A DNA stretch of 63,489 nt, counting the filler, from Reclinomonas americana ATCC 50394 (lineage: Eukaryota): NCBI GenBank assembly GCA_048213135.1. It is 8 parts of 8 records of this genome, joined end to end, with 100 filler letters (N's around TTAATTAATTAA, not from the genome) between each part and the next. Parts side by side here need not be neighbours in the genome. Positions count along the whole stretch, not along the records: positions 1 to 6,542 come from AFZH01019016.1; positions 6,643 to 13,022 come from AFZH01019017.1; 6 more parts are not named here. One strand, given 5' to 3'. This document shows positions 1 to 12,469 of this stretch, piece by piece; position 1 is the stretch's first letter; each line of letters begins with the position of its first letter. A program made the position numbers and the translations under genes. Under the pieces are notes generated by a model that was not told the DNA's origin, did no database searches, and was given only the letters and a program-made list of their open reading frames with translations.

Positions 1-3000
1 ACTCACCAATTGTACAGCTTATTGATCTTCTTGTTGAGCTCCTTGAGCATGCGCTTCAAACCGGCCTTCTCCTGCGTCGGTGAAGTCGGTGAATCGAGGC
101 CGCCGCGACGCAACACCTGGCCATCGTCAGAGCCCATCGATCCCGATTCATCGTCACTCATTTCCGCACCCAGCCGCGTCGCACGCTCTGCACAGGCAGT
201 GTGAGTGTGATGCGTCGACACAAAGGAGCACTCCAGCATTTGCATACGCACCAACTGCCACACCCAGATCGTGCACCAGGTTCATGTAGTCGTCGGGCGC
301 CGCCGAATGCGACGAGTGCGGTGGCGGCAGCAGCGGTGAGCGGTCGCTGGCCGACGACGACTTGGAGACCACAGACTGCTGCACATCGACATGTGACGAC
401 GCAGCGCGGTTGGGCGACGGTTGCCTGTGCGGCACAGGTGATGCCGTCGTCGCCGATGGTGCCACTCGTCGAGGTGAAGGTGGCTGTGCAGCGCGTGGTG
501 ACGAGCGACGCTGTGGCGACGGCGGCACTGGTTGCGGTGCGCTGGGCTCCACAGGTGGCGACGTTTGCGACTGACGGTCGACACGGGACGGTGACGGAGC
601 GCGTCGTGCCGGTGCGCCATTGCGTGCGCTCGCCGACGGCGAGAAGCCGTCGCGTGATCGTGATGGAGACTCGCGACCATTGGTGGAGACAGCGACCAGT
701 GTGCGCAGAGCCGCATCAGTGTCCACGGCTCCTGCAGACTTGCCGCGACTGCGCGACACCGTGATGAGAGGCGTGCGACGGCGCTTGGAGCACGCAATGT
801 GAAATACACAAACCGTTGTGATGGTGGCGGCTCGCGGTAGTGAGCTTCCGGCGGAGTTGGTGGACGCTTCTTTGCTGACCGTGGCTGCACAACGGCTGGT
901 GGCGGAGGCGGAGGCGTCACGTTGGATGATCCATCGGTGGCTACACAAGCGAAAGCATGAGACACGCACACACGCGAGCGCGTTGCGATCATGAGCCTGC
1001 ACACCTTGACCATCGATGCGCGTCAGATTCGGCAGCGTGCGGCGCAGCGTCTGTCGATACCCTTGCACGCTACGCAAAGAGAGAAAATCATTAGCACGGA
1101 GCGCACAAGTCCCACAAATGACGAGTATGTGGGAACGCAACAGAGCCAGCGGATTGCCGCGCAGAATGATCTCCGTGAGCGCGTAGTTGGCCGACAGCTT
1201 GCGCAGCGACAGATGCTCCTCGGGCCCGAGGCAGTTCTGGCCGAGGTCGAGCTTGCGAAGTTGTCGCAAGTGCGCCAGATTGGAGACCTTGGTGATCTGG
1301 TTGTTGTTGAGCACGAGCTCCTCCAGGTTGGGCGTCTTGCGCAGGCCGTCGATCACGCCAATCGAATTGTGCGACAAGTCGAGAACGCGGAGCAAGCGCA
1401 GCTCCTGCAGACCAGACATTTTCGCCAGCTTATTGTGCGACGCGTAGAGGTATTTGAGAGTGTTGGGCAGCGCCGACAGAGTGGCTGTGCGCAAGCGACA
1501 GTCAGTGACGCATCCAGAAACAATAGCAGAGCAAGGAGCAAAGATCGCAACTGAGTTGATTGTGTGAGACGTCCAGCCACACCAGATTCGAGGCCGAGTG
1601 CACCGCGGGCGGCACCATAGTGAGCGTGCGCTTGGCCAGCGAGAGGCTGCGACCCTCCTCATTCTCCATCTCGCCCATCGACTCCACCAGTTCGGCCTCG
1701 CTAATGTGCTCGCTTCCACGACGGCGCAACGGCGACGTGGCTGACGTCGGTCGTGGTGGCCGGGCTGAAGTCGGCGACGCGGCGCGTGTGGCATAGGACG
1801 ACGGGGTGGTGGAGGCAGCGGCCGCTGTGGGAGTGCCTACTGCACGTCGCGGCGAAGGCGAGGTAGACCGGCGAGGTGATGGCGCAGGCGAGGCGCGCTT
1901 GTTGTATCCCTGCTGCTGCAGCTGCGGTGGTGACTCGGGCTGATAATCGGCATGTTGCTCGCCGTCATGCTCCCACGGTGACACGGCACGGTGATCGCCA
2001 CCGGCACCTCGTTCCGCCACGCCATCGTCGTCGGCCACTGGGATCTCGCGCAGCACCGGCTGGTGGTGTAGCGGCGACGACGATGCCGGGTGGCCAGTGG
2101 GCGAGTGATGGTGTCCAACTCGGTGGCGCGCGTGTGAGTAGCCCGGGGAACCGGCACCAGCTATTTGGCCACCGCCGGAAACAGGCGACAGTGGACCCCG
2201 GGCCTCAGCTTTTGGGTGATGGTGCTGATGATGGAGGGAATGATGGTGCGGGTGTCCGTGCTGATGCTGAGCCAGGTCGTCGATCATGTCCTCGCCCTCG
2301 GAGGCCAGCGAACCCTCGCTGCCGTCGGCCAGTCCGTGATCGAGTGACAGTGTGTTGGACATGCTGGCGGGCGCCTCGCGGGCGTGTTCCAGATCTGCCT
2401 CTCCATCCTCGCCATCCTCCTCCACGTCCGCGTCGCTCCCATGCAAGCGTCGTACCGCGTGGCCGTTGCGCTCCACCGGCTCATCACCCGTGGCCGCGGC
2501 TGCCGTCAGCGAGGCCGAGGACGGCACTGGCGTGACGGGTCCACCGGCTCCGTGTGTGGCCTCTCCCGTGGCGGTGGCAGTTGTCAAGGCCGTGGTGGGT
2601 GACGAACGCGACGAGAACAGGCTGATGCGCACGTGCTGCACGGTGCCCATGGCGTCGGTGGGGTCGTCGTCATCGTCCTCCGCAATCACGGCCGACGACG
2701 GAACCTCGGGCATTGGGTTGGACGAACCCACCGTGTTGTCCGTGTTCAGCGTGCCCAACTCGGGCTCATCCGACGCCGCCGTCAGCCGACTGCCACCAGC
2801 GGCGGCACTGGCCGAAGAAGGCGAGCCCGCAGACATGTACGAGCGCGACGACGGCGAACCGACAACCGGATCGTGCCCCTCGACCGACAGGCTCACTCGA
2901 CGCGGAACCACAGCCACCACCGCCGCACCCTCTGCCACGGGTTCGTGAACGAGCGCACTCGGCTGTACGACGAAGAAGGTGTAGTGTGAGGCACATGTTT

Positions 3001-4485
3001 GTGGAGAGTGACGGCATCTTTGCTTCTCACCGGCAAGCGCGACGACGACGTCGGCGACGGCGGCAGCATTCCAGCGGCCATGGAACCATGCGCAAACGTG
3101 ACCTTGCTCTTTGGCGGCGCCACTGGCGACATGGGCCGGGCGGCCGACGACGCTGCACCACCGCTGGACGGCATCGAAGGCAACGAGGCGTGCGTGGCCG
3201 AACCGGATTCGTCGCCCAGCGGCGTGTGCGGCTCCTCTTCCTCGTCGTCGTCGTCTTCTTCATGGTGACCACCGTTGGCCTGCTGCGATTGCAGGATGAG
3301 ACAACGCGGCAATACAGAGGAGAGACAGTAAGGGAACAAAGGAATCGGCTTGCCTCTGCGCCTGCTGATGATCGCGCGACAACGAGCGGCGGTGGTGCCG
3401 GGTGGTCATCACGCGCAGCACCATTCAATGACACCGCCCCATTTCCGTAGTGATGATGGTGATCGGAATCGCCACCATTCGCAGACGCTGCTGCTGCTGC
3501 TGCTGCTGCTGGACTGGCCGCTCCAACAAGTGACGACGGCGGTCGACGAGTGCGAGGTGCCTGCGTCGACGCAGTGAGCGATAGATACAGAGAGCGCACC
3601 GAACGAGCGACCAAGGTCGGACATACCCGCGTGGCCGTGTACAACTCCTCCAGTGCATCCGGCGTGCACAGCGACGTGTGCACACGAATGTCACGCAGTG
3701 TCTCGTTGTGCACCAAGGCATCAAAGATCGCTCGCGCACCGGCATCCCTATCGCCATGGCTTCAGCATGCGTGCACGGCAGACGACCAAGAAACGCGCAC
3801 TACGCAACGAGATACGATTGCCCGACAGGTTGATGCTCTCAATGCTCTCATTCTCCGTCAACATATCCGCCACCGCACGCGCCGACTTGTCGGTAAGCTA
3901 CCCCCCGCACAAACAAACAATGAGCGACGCACACATCACACGCAGAGAGTGATAAAAACACGCTCACCTGATTGAACTTGAGATTGAGAACCTTGAGCGT
4001 GCGATGCGACTTGAGCAGCGGCATCAGCGGCACCACCTCCGCATCCGTCAGCCGCATACGCTTGAGCGATAGCAGCTCCTGCGCATGACGACCTTGTTTC
4101 ATTTGACACACACACAATGAGCGAATCATCATCAAAGCCTTCATGTGCGTGTGTGTGAGAAAGAGAGTGTGTGTGTGTGTGTACCTTTCGTGGCCACAAA
4201 CTTATCCAGCACACGTCCCACCGACTTGCGTCTTCCCATGGCCAGCTCGCCGACCGCCGACTCCTCTCCATCGCGCCACTCACTCGCCACCGCCTGGAAT
4301 CGCTCACTCAACTCCGGCCCGGCGACTCCACTCGTCGGCGTTGCTGCCACGGGTGGTGACGCACTGGGCGCAGGCGAGGCGGGCGCAGGACTCTGTGCCT
4401 CGTCGACCTCCGCCCCTGCCTCATCGCTCGTCGACTTCTGCGCGGGTGTGGTCGGCGTCTGCGGTGCGCTCGGTTGGTTGCCCAT
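1..4485 (-). CDS. Large multi-exon LRR protein: predicted N-myristoylated start, RNI-like LRRs, long low-complexity linker, SDS22-like LRRs; 3' end runs off the window
   Basis: ATG at 4485 gives MGNQPS (MGxxxS). Spliced exons give LKSHRTLKVLNLKFNQ-LTDKSARAVADMLTENESIESINLSGNRISDAGARAIFDALVHNETL (RNI-like) and LKYLYASHNKLAKMSGLQELRLLRVLDLSHNSIGVIDGLRKTPNLEELVLNNNQITKVSNL (SDS22-like). The junctions I checked keep frame. Confidence 0.75.
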
Positions 4486-4713
4486 TCTTCGCGCGCAAAG
4501 TGCGTTCTCTCTCTGCGTGTGTGTTTTGTGTGGAAGAGTGCGCGCGCGGCTCTCATCTGTCCGCTCCTCTGCTCGCGGCGACTCTCACACCTCGTTGCAT
4601 CAAACGCACGCACAAGCGAGTGCGGTGGAGGAGGAGGAGGCGGGAAAGAGCAGACGCGTGCGTGCGTGTGTGTCAGAGAGTGTGTGAGTGTGAGTGTGTG
4701 CGAGTTAGTGGCC
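4486..4713. promoter_or_regulatory. Putative bidirectional promoter between the LRR gene and the striatin-like gene
   Basis: 228 nt between divergent ATGs at 4485 (-) and 4714 (+). Inferred from position only. Confidence 0.4.
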
Positions 4714-6542
4714 ATGGCCAACCAGGACATCTCGGGTGCGTTGCGGTTGCTGTCGGACGAGTGGAGACGATTCGAGAAGGAGCGTGCGGTGTGGGAGGTG
4801 GAGCGGGAGCAGCTCAAGGTGTGTGTGCGTGCGTGAGTGAGGGGCGAGAGAGAGAGAGAATGAGAGGAATGAGAGAGAAACGCGGAGAAAGATGTGTGTG
4901 TGTGTTGTGTGTGTTGTGTGTTGGAGAGGGGAAGAGAGGTGCGTATGGAGAGTGTGTGTGTGAGCGGAGGCTGTGCTTGCGTGCGTGTGCGTGTGTGTGT
5001 GTGTGTGACATGGCCATGGGTCCCGAGTGCCCTTTTTTCCAATGTTGGCGATGATGATGTTGAGGTGATACTCGCTTTTTCACTCTCTTTCTTTTGTGCT
5101 TGTGTGTGTGTCTCTCGCGTGACACAGTCGAAGATCAAGTCGTGCGAAAGCGAATTGGAGAAGCAGGAGCGGCTGCGCAATGAGCTGTTTACGCGGATCC
5201 GAGAGCTGGAGACGGAACTCAAGCGCACGGGGTGAGAGAGCGAGCGACACATAACAAGTCTCTCTCTCTCTCATGCTCATTCACATGCTTGGTGCGCAGA
5301 GCTGGTGGTGTTGAGGTACCACACGCCAACGGCGGACCGCCGAAAGGTGAACCTGCTCTTGCCCGCCCTTCCCGCGCTGTCTGTGTGTGTTTTGCTCAGT
5401 GCTCACTGGTGTGTAGCTGTGGAGCGAGAGAAGCGGGCGATTGCCATGACCAGCCGCCAGCTGTTGCAAAAGTTGCGTCGTCATTGACCATCGTCATCTG
5501 TGAGTGTGCTGCTGATCTCGCGTTTGTGTGGCCGTAGGATGACGGAGGTGTTCCAGTCGGATGCTCGAGCGAGTGCTGCGTCGGCTGTGGTGTCGTCGCT
5601 GCCGAATGCCGCGACGCCGTCGTATGCCTCTGCCGTGTCGCGCACTCCCGGTCTGTCGGCGGCTCCGTCGCAGCCTGCGGCGTCGGCAAAGCCCGGCTCC
5701 TCGTCGTCGTCGTCGTCGTCGGGTGCGACTGGGGCGCGCGCTGCAGGTGGAAGCAGCAGATCGGCGGCGTCAAGCGCTCAACCAAAAGTCGTTCCCAGTT
5801 GCGGCGGCGTCTATGTGTATGTTTGTGTGTGTGTGATGTGATGCTCACATATCGCGCGCAGAGCCCGAGAAGCTGCCGCTGTCGCTTTCGCCAGCGTTCG
5901 TCGGCGGTCTCACAGATCAGCAACGGCAACTCGTCCTCAAGCCAAAGAAGGCGTCGGAGAAGAGCAGTGTTACCAATGGCAGCGACGACATTGAGCGGGA
6001 GAAGCAAGAGCTACGAGTGAGGCGGCAAGAGGAGAAGAGGAAACGGGAGGAGGAGAAGCGACGGAGAGAACAGGAGAAGAGGGCAGCATTGGCGGCGGCA
6101 ACAGCCGCGGCTACAGGGACACGTGGGAGTGGGGACTCGGCGTCGGCAATTTCAGCGCCGTCGCCCTTGGCCGGTGGAATGTCACCGCTGCCACCACTGT
6201 CGCTTTCGGTAGGCAGCCGGGCGTCGGCGTTTGCGGATCCTGTATCACCCGCGGCGCCGTATCCGGTGGATGTGGAGGCCATGAAAGCTCTCAAGCCGTC
6301 GCTGGTGATTCGCCAACACTCGCGGCCTGTTCGTGCGGTGGCGTTTGCGCCTTCTACCGCCGTTCTGTTTTGCGGTTCGTTGTTGTTTATTGTTGTACTG
6401 TAGCAGTCCCTCCCGAGTCGCTCGACTGACACTTTGGCGATGTGCGTTGTGTGCACAGGTTGCGACGACGCGACCATTAGCGTGTTCCAGCTGGACGTGC
6501 TGCTCACCGACGCCAAACCACCATCCAAGTTGCCGGCGGCTG
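4714..6542 (+). CDS. Striatin-like protein (N-terminal striatin coiled coil, C-terminal WD40), truncated at the contig end
   Basis: MANQDISGALRLLSDEWRRFEKERAVWEVEREQLK-SKIKSCESELEKQERLRNELFTRIRELETELK matches the striatin N-terminal pattern. The first WD repeat, RQHSRPVRAVAFAPSTAVLFCGCDDATISVF, is recovered after splicing. Confidence 0.8.
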
Positions 6543-6642
6543 NNNNNNNNNNNNNNNNNNNNNNNNNNNNNNNNNNNNNNNNNNNNTTAATTAATTAANN
6601 NNNNNNNNNNNNNNNNNNNNNNNNNNNNNNNNNNNNNNNNNN
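6543..6642. other. Artificial 100-nt assembly spacer (N-run with TTAATTAATTAA); the same spacer occurs at 13023-13122, 21193-21292, 25262-25361, 32278-32377, 57295-57394 and 62305-62404
   Basis: Seven identical N44-TTAATTAATTAA-N44 blocks that place stops in all six frames. Confidence 0.97.
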
Positions 6643-9373
6643 AGACACTGCCGCGTCTTCTGCCGCCAGCACCACTACCGCCGCCGCCGCCGCTGCTGCT
6701 GCTGCTGTTTCGGGTGCCACGACTGCGACTGCTCCCACCGCGCCTGCACCAGAGCCAGTCGCGAAACCTGTCGTTAAACTGCCACTGACCACCGCCGACA
6801 GCCAATTGACGGACCAGACGCTGCTGCGACGACTCAAACGAGTTGCGTCGTGTGTTTCGCAATCTTGAGCCACACATGATGTTTGTGTCTCACTATATTC
6901 GGTGTGTCAGTCGGCTCTCGAGCGCATTGTGAGTGCAGTGACTACCAAGAAGCTCGAGGTCAGCGGCCGGGCCAACATGCACAGCCGGGTGGTGGCCTCG
7001 TTGTTGGACATGCCGGTGGAGAGCTTCATGTACGATCTCGACGCTTCCTCGCCACCGTCACCACTGCCGTACAGCAAGCTGGCGCTGCCGCCTGCGAAAA
7101 ACGTGTGGGCCGAGACTGTGGTGGCGCACTGCTTGCAGGACTTTGACGCTCGCTTCGAGACAGCCATGTTGTGCATCTATCGCACGTTCTCGTCGCACTG
7201 CGCGCAAGTGGATGCCGATCCGGCGCACCCTACCATGTACAAGTGGCTGGTGTCTACGCTCAGTGAGCAGCTGTTGACCAGCGGCAGATTCCCGCAGTTC
7301 TCCATGCTGCTGTTGGAGGTGCCGGCGCTATTCCAGCAGCTGGTTGACCAACTCGACGTGTGTTGCACATCGTCGCTCAGGTGTGTGTAGTCTGGCGCAG
7401 TCACCTCAGCTGCGCTTAGTGCTGATGGTGCGGTTTGGTGACTCGGCAGTGCATCCGCCGGTCTCGAGACGCTGCAGCAGCTGGCGGTCGGTCGCTTCGG
7501 CCAGCGCTCGCACGTGTTGGAACTGGTGCTGCGATATTCGATGCGCACTGGTGAGTGTCTACTGGTGGTTGTCGTGGTTGATGAGCTCACATTCACTGGT
7601 GTGTGTGTGTGTGTGTTACGATTGAGCAGAGAAAGAGCTGTGGACGCCGGCCATGCGCACCATCTTCCAGCTGGTCGACAAGTTCGCCGACAGCGAAGAA
7701 GACATTCTCGGCACCGCACATCACCGCCTGCTGCTGCTGTCGCGCATCAACAACCCGTACAAGGCTCCCGATGCGAAGATGGAGGGCTCCGAAGACGTCC
7801 CCGACGCACAACCGCTGGTCGACAACGCGCTGGTGGACGAACTTAAGGCACTCTGCGAGTCCACACCATCGATCGATGTGGAGGAGGCGCATCTGCAAGT
7901 GACGATGCAGAACCATGCGCGTCTGTACTTTGCGCTCGTCTCCATCCGCTCTCCACACTTGATCAGCAAGTTGCGGCACCGCTCACCCTCTTTCCATCAT
8001 GCATATAGCTCACCCTCGTGTGCGATAGTGTGCTGGCCGTGTACGCCTTCTGCAGTGCCACCGTGCGGACGCGATTGCGAGAAATGTTCCACGAGTTGAT
8101 TCGCACCGTGGGTGTTGATTCACTGCACGTGCTCAGTCTGCTGCAGACACGCACGAGTGGTGTGGAGCTGCGAGAGTTTATGCTTGACATTGTCACCTTT
8201 TTGGCCAACAATGGTACGCTCGCTTTGATTGCGACCTCCGCGCATCACCAGCTGCCGACCGTCTCCCTCCCTCCCTCGTCCTTGCAGGTGCGCTGCGTGG
8301 CGACAAGAGCGACTTTTTCGTGCAGGTGGTCAAGGATCTGCTCGAGACGCACGGACGAGATGCACGCTTCCTTGTGCCGGTGCTGCCTGGCATGTCACGG
8401 CGCGACCTGGAGTCGCACCTGGACAGCGTGCTGCAGTTGCCATGTGCGTTTGCGTGCTTGCTTGCAGGTGTTTTTCTCCCCATTCTAACTGAGTGATGTG
8501 CACACAGTGGAGCGCGTGCACGAGGCGCTGGAGCGCTTGCTCACGTCGCCAGTGAGCACGGTGCCGCCACGCGATGTGCTAGTCATGATCCATTTGACGA
8601 ACGCCCCGTTGAGGAACCAAGTGGCTGGTGCGGTCGCTGATTCTGCTCGGTTCCTCTCGTGTGTACTGACTGGTATTCGTATGAAACAGCGGCCACATTT
8701 TGCCTCGGACACCAGGCGGTGGCCAACGAGAAAGTGCTGCGCGAGGCCATTCTCTGTATTGCCGATTTGTTCCCGATACCAAAGCTCACCATGTGGACGG
8801 TGCGTGTTTGTTTGTGCAACGGAGATGCAGTGCGGCGAAAAAGTGTGCTCATCTCTGACACAGTTCATCAAGTGCCACGCCACGTACACATCGCCACTCG
8901 TCAACGCCGCTGTTGTCGATGGGCTGAAGAAGCTCATTGCCAAGCAAGTGTGGGAGGACGCGATGCTGTGGGAGGGCTTTGTCAAGTGCTGTAACGAGGT
9001 GCCGCAGTTGTTCTCATTTGTTCTTGTTCTCACGGTTGCCTGTCGGCTCATTGTCGTTCTCTGTTTTGTGCAGGAGCTGCGTGATTCGTCGTTCCCGGCG
9101 CTGCTTGTGTTGCCGTCGGACCAGCTGGTGGCCTACATGGAGAAGACAGCGTTCCGACAACTGCCGGCTCTGGCGCGCGCCGTCGAGGTCTTGGAGAGCA
9201 AGGGGCATGCTGTGCCGGTGCACGTCCACAGTGCGCTGCAGCGTGCGGGCGAAGCTCAACAACGGCAGCAACAGCCGCGGGAAGAGGAGCAGCAACAAGA
9301 ACCGGAACAACCAGCAGCAGCAGCAGCAGCGATGGAGGTCGATCATAGCGGCGTCAAGCAAGAGAAAAACTAG
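6643..9373 (+). CDS. SYMPK: Symplekin (3'-end processing scaffold), 5'-truncated, multi-exon
   Basis: C-terminal exons give EKVLREAILCIADLFPIPKLTMWT-FIKCHATY...LKKLIAKQVWEDAMLWEGFVKCCNE-LRDSSFPALLVLPSDQL, matching the Symplekin_C motif (L..KQVW....WEGF.KC). Stop at 9371-9373. Confidence 0.85.
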
Positions 9374-9410
9374 CACACAATGAATGCATCTGACATCTAA
9401 AACGGTGGCA

Positions 9411-10520
9411 CTATACTTTCTTCTCTGCAGCAAACAAGTCCTCCTGTCGCGATAGCTCCGGCAGCATCTCCGTCAGCAGCTGCGTCAGCGAGGCCACCGA
9501 TCCGATCTCTGTCCGCGTCGCCACCTGCTTGTCACCGAGCAGCGCAAAGTACGGCAGACGAATCGGCGCGTACTCGTTGCCTGCACCGAGAACGAGTGAG
9601 TGTCGTTGCAGCTGCGGCTGCACGCAACCACGCTGCATGCATACCGAGTCGTGCCACCAACAGCATGCCACGTCGGTCGGCAGTGAGGATCCACGCTTCT
9701 TCCACCGCCTGCGGATCCGTGTGCGTACCCTGCAAGGCTAGACGACACAACGCTCGTACTTCGCGTTCGTGTTCATCGTTCATCCACGACAACACCTCGC
9801 CACTATTCAACGCCACCGCATCGGCAATGGCTCGCTGATACTCGGTGACCTCCACTTGCTCCACCGTGGCCGTTCTGTGCATCTCCATGAGACAGACAAC
9901 TGGAGCCACACGCACACAGCGATGCCGCACGCACCCTCCCGAGTAGTGAATCGACGACACATCCAGCGTGCAAAACACGCACGTGTTGCGTGCAAAGAAC
10001 TCGGCCAGGTTCGCGTGCTGCTTCATCAGGCGCTGCTGCGCCAGCGAGGCCTCATTGCCACGCAGCTCACGCACCTCCCCGAACAGATTGATGCGCGGCA
10101 GCATCACCAGCGGGTCCAGCGGTGCACGCTTCCCTGCGGAAGCCGCACCCGGATGCGGCACCATCAGCGACGCCCGCGCATCGCGCTGCAGGTTGCCTCG
10201 CTGCGGAGAATCGTGTCGCAGGAAAAAGTACGGTCGCCCTCGCACATCCAACGCGTAATGCACACGCCAGCTGACCAGCTCTGCAGCACCAGTGAGCAAC
10301 GCGCGATCGCGACACACGCACAGAGACAGAGAGACGCACCGGCGCCACCCGCAGGCAGTGTGTGCAGGAAGCCGGAGCCTCGCATTTCCATCAGTGTGCG
10401 TGCTGCTGTGCCCAGTGGCAGATCGGCATCGCTGCTGCTGCTACTGCTGCTGCTGAACAAGCGCACAAGAGAGGGGAACGCAGTGGGCCGCGACCAACAA
10501 CAGCGCAGTCGCAGCAACAT
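9411..10520 (-). CDS. HugZ / glutamyl-tRNA-reductase-binding-protein-like split-barrel protein with a DUF2470-like C-terminus and a predicted mitochondrial presequence
   Basis: MLLRLRCCWSRPTAFPSLVRLFSSS leader, then AARTLME, YALDVRGRPYFFL...NLQRDARASLMV, PRINLFGEV and EYQRAIADAVA...LSWMNDEH; three GT-AG introns. An alternative ATG exists at 10562. Confidence 0.7.
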
Positions 10521-10580
10521 GACGACGATGAGCAGCAGGACGACGGACGACGGACGTGACATCGCCTTTCGTTGTTTGAC

Positions 10581-12428
10581 ATGAGTGAGGAGGTGTTGGA
10601 TCCGCGTGGCCGCCGAGTGGTGGAGCGCAACGAGCGCGGCGATGTGATTACCACAGTGTACAGTGCGCAGGGAGAAGCAGTGTGGAAGCGCGTCGAGAAG
10701 CATGCACGAGTGCCGGGGGAAGTCATTGGTCTGTGTGTGCGTTCGGTGTTTGAGGCCTCTCTCTCTCTCTCTCTCTGACTGTATGCACACCAGTGCTCAC
10801 AAAGCGCGAGCTCACGGACGCGCAGGTCGTGGCGTCGCCGCTGCCTGCGCATGTAATGTCGGTGAACTATTCATCGAATGCACTCACGCGCATTCCTGTT
10901 GCGTCTCTCTGGTTTCGACACTCGAGTGCATGCGTGCACTGACCACAGTGAGTGTGTGCGTTTGACAGGATATCAGAGATCGCCGCGCGCTGACGCTGCT
11001 CAACGTGTCGCACAACCAGATTGCGTCGCTCGATGCATTGCCAGAGGCGACGCCGCTGCCCGAGTTCAAAGGTCATTTTTCCGTCTCTTGTCGCACTCTG
11101 TCGCGCTTTTTGTTGACGGTGATGGTGCAGCGTTGATTGTGTCGGATAACGCGCTGACCACGCTGCGACCGCTCGAGACGCGGGCCAGTGTACGCGCACT
11201 GGAGTCGATCGTGGCCAACGCGAATCGCATTCGTGAGCTCGGCGATCTGTCGTTGCTCACGCAGCTCAGGACCCTCGGTGTGTGTGGGTGTGTGTGGGTG
11301 TGCCTGCTTTGCTGCCCGTGTTGACTTGCACTGACTGATGGCTGGCAGTGCTCACCAACAACATGCTGGACGACAAGGCGCTGGCGAGTGCCGGTCTGGA
11401 GAGGTTGCCGCATCTGACCAAGGTGTCGTGTGGCGAGAATGTTCTCACCGAGTTTCCTGGCTACTTGTTGGTGCGTTTTTTTCCGGCGAGATTGCATTCG
11501 CGACGCGCCTCTCCTCGTCCGCTCACTCATCCTCCTTGCAGCGATGCCCGTCACTCAAGGAGTTGCGACTGGCGCACAATCAGATCTCGGCAATCACCAT
11601 GCCGTCGGGCGCCTGTGCACCGCTGACCATTCTCAACATGTCGAGCAAGTGCGTTGCAGTTCGCCTTCAGCAGTCCGTTGCACCTTTGCTAAATACGCGT
11701 TGCATGCTACCCGCAGCATGTTGTCCAAGTTCAAGTCGCTGCGTCGCCTGTCGCAGCTGCCGACACTGGTCAATCTGTCGCTGCGCGGCAACCCTGTGAC
11801 GGAGCGTGATGGCTTTGAAGAGCACCTGCGCATTCTTATGCCGTGGTTGGAGCTGCTGGATGGAACCGTCATGGCGAGAGGAGGAGGAGGAGGAGGAGAA
11901 GGCAGCGGGGAGGCGATGGAGGCCAGAAAACCGCACAAGGTGAAGAAACAGAAGAGCGAGACGGCAGAAGGTGCGGAGCCGATGGAAGACGAGGAGGTGG
12001 AGGAGTCGAGCAAGGAGGAGAAAAAGAAGAAGAGGAAGAGGGAGAAGAAGAAGAAGGCGGAAGAAGCGGCAGAGGAGGACGAAGGAGCGTTGTCGTCGCA
12101 GCCACTCACGGCAGCGGAGATTGGTACCAAGGCCGAGGAAGTTGAGCGTCCACGCAAGGCACTGCAGTCGGGTGTCGTGAGCGGTGGCAACCTGTCGGGT
12201 GACGTGTTTGCACGAGCTGCGCGGAAACGACCACGCGACGCCGAAGCCGGCGACGACGATGGACCGAGCTCGAAACGCAAGGATCAAAAGGAGAAGAAGA
12301 ACAAGAACAAGAACAAGAAGAAGGACAAGGGCAAGTCGAGATCGGACAGTGTCAACGGCGCACCCGCGCTGGCACGACTGCCTGGTCTCAACGATGATCT
12401 GTCGGGTGTCGTGGGAGGCTGGGACTAG
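10581..12428 (+). CDS. LRR protein with a Lys/Glu-rich C-terminus (possibly nuclear or nucleolar)
   Basis: LRR motifs LTLLNVSHNQI, LKELRLAHNQI and LVNLSLRGNPV with an LRR cap; KKKKRKREKKKK tracts; ends GVVGGWD* at 12428. Confidence 0.75.
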
Positions 12429-12469
12429 TCAGCGCACTCGTAAAACATTTTAGATTAACAATTCACCAA

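Noticed and set aside
6543..6642. TTAATTAATTAA palindrome repeated seven times
   Set aside because: It is embedded in fixed-length N-runs, so it is an artificial contig linker, not a biological repeat or a piggyBac TTAA site.
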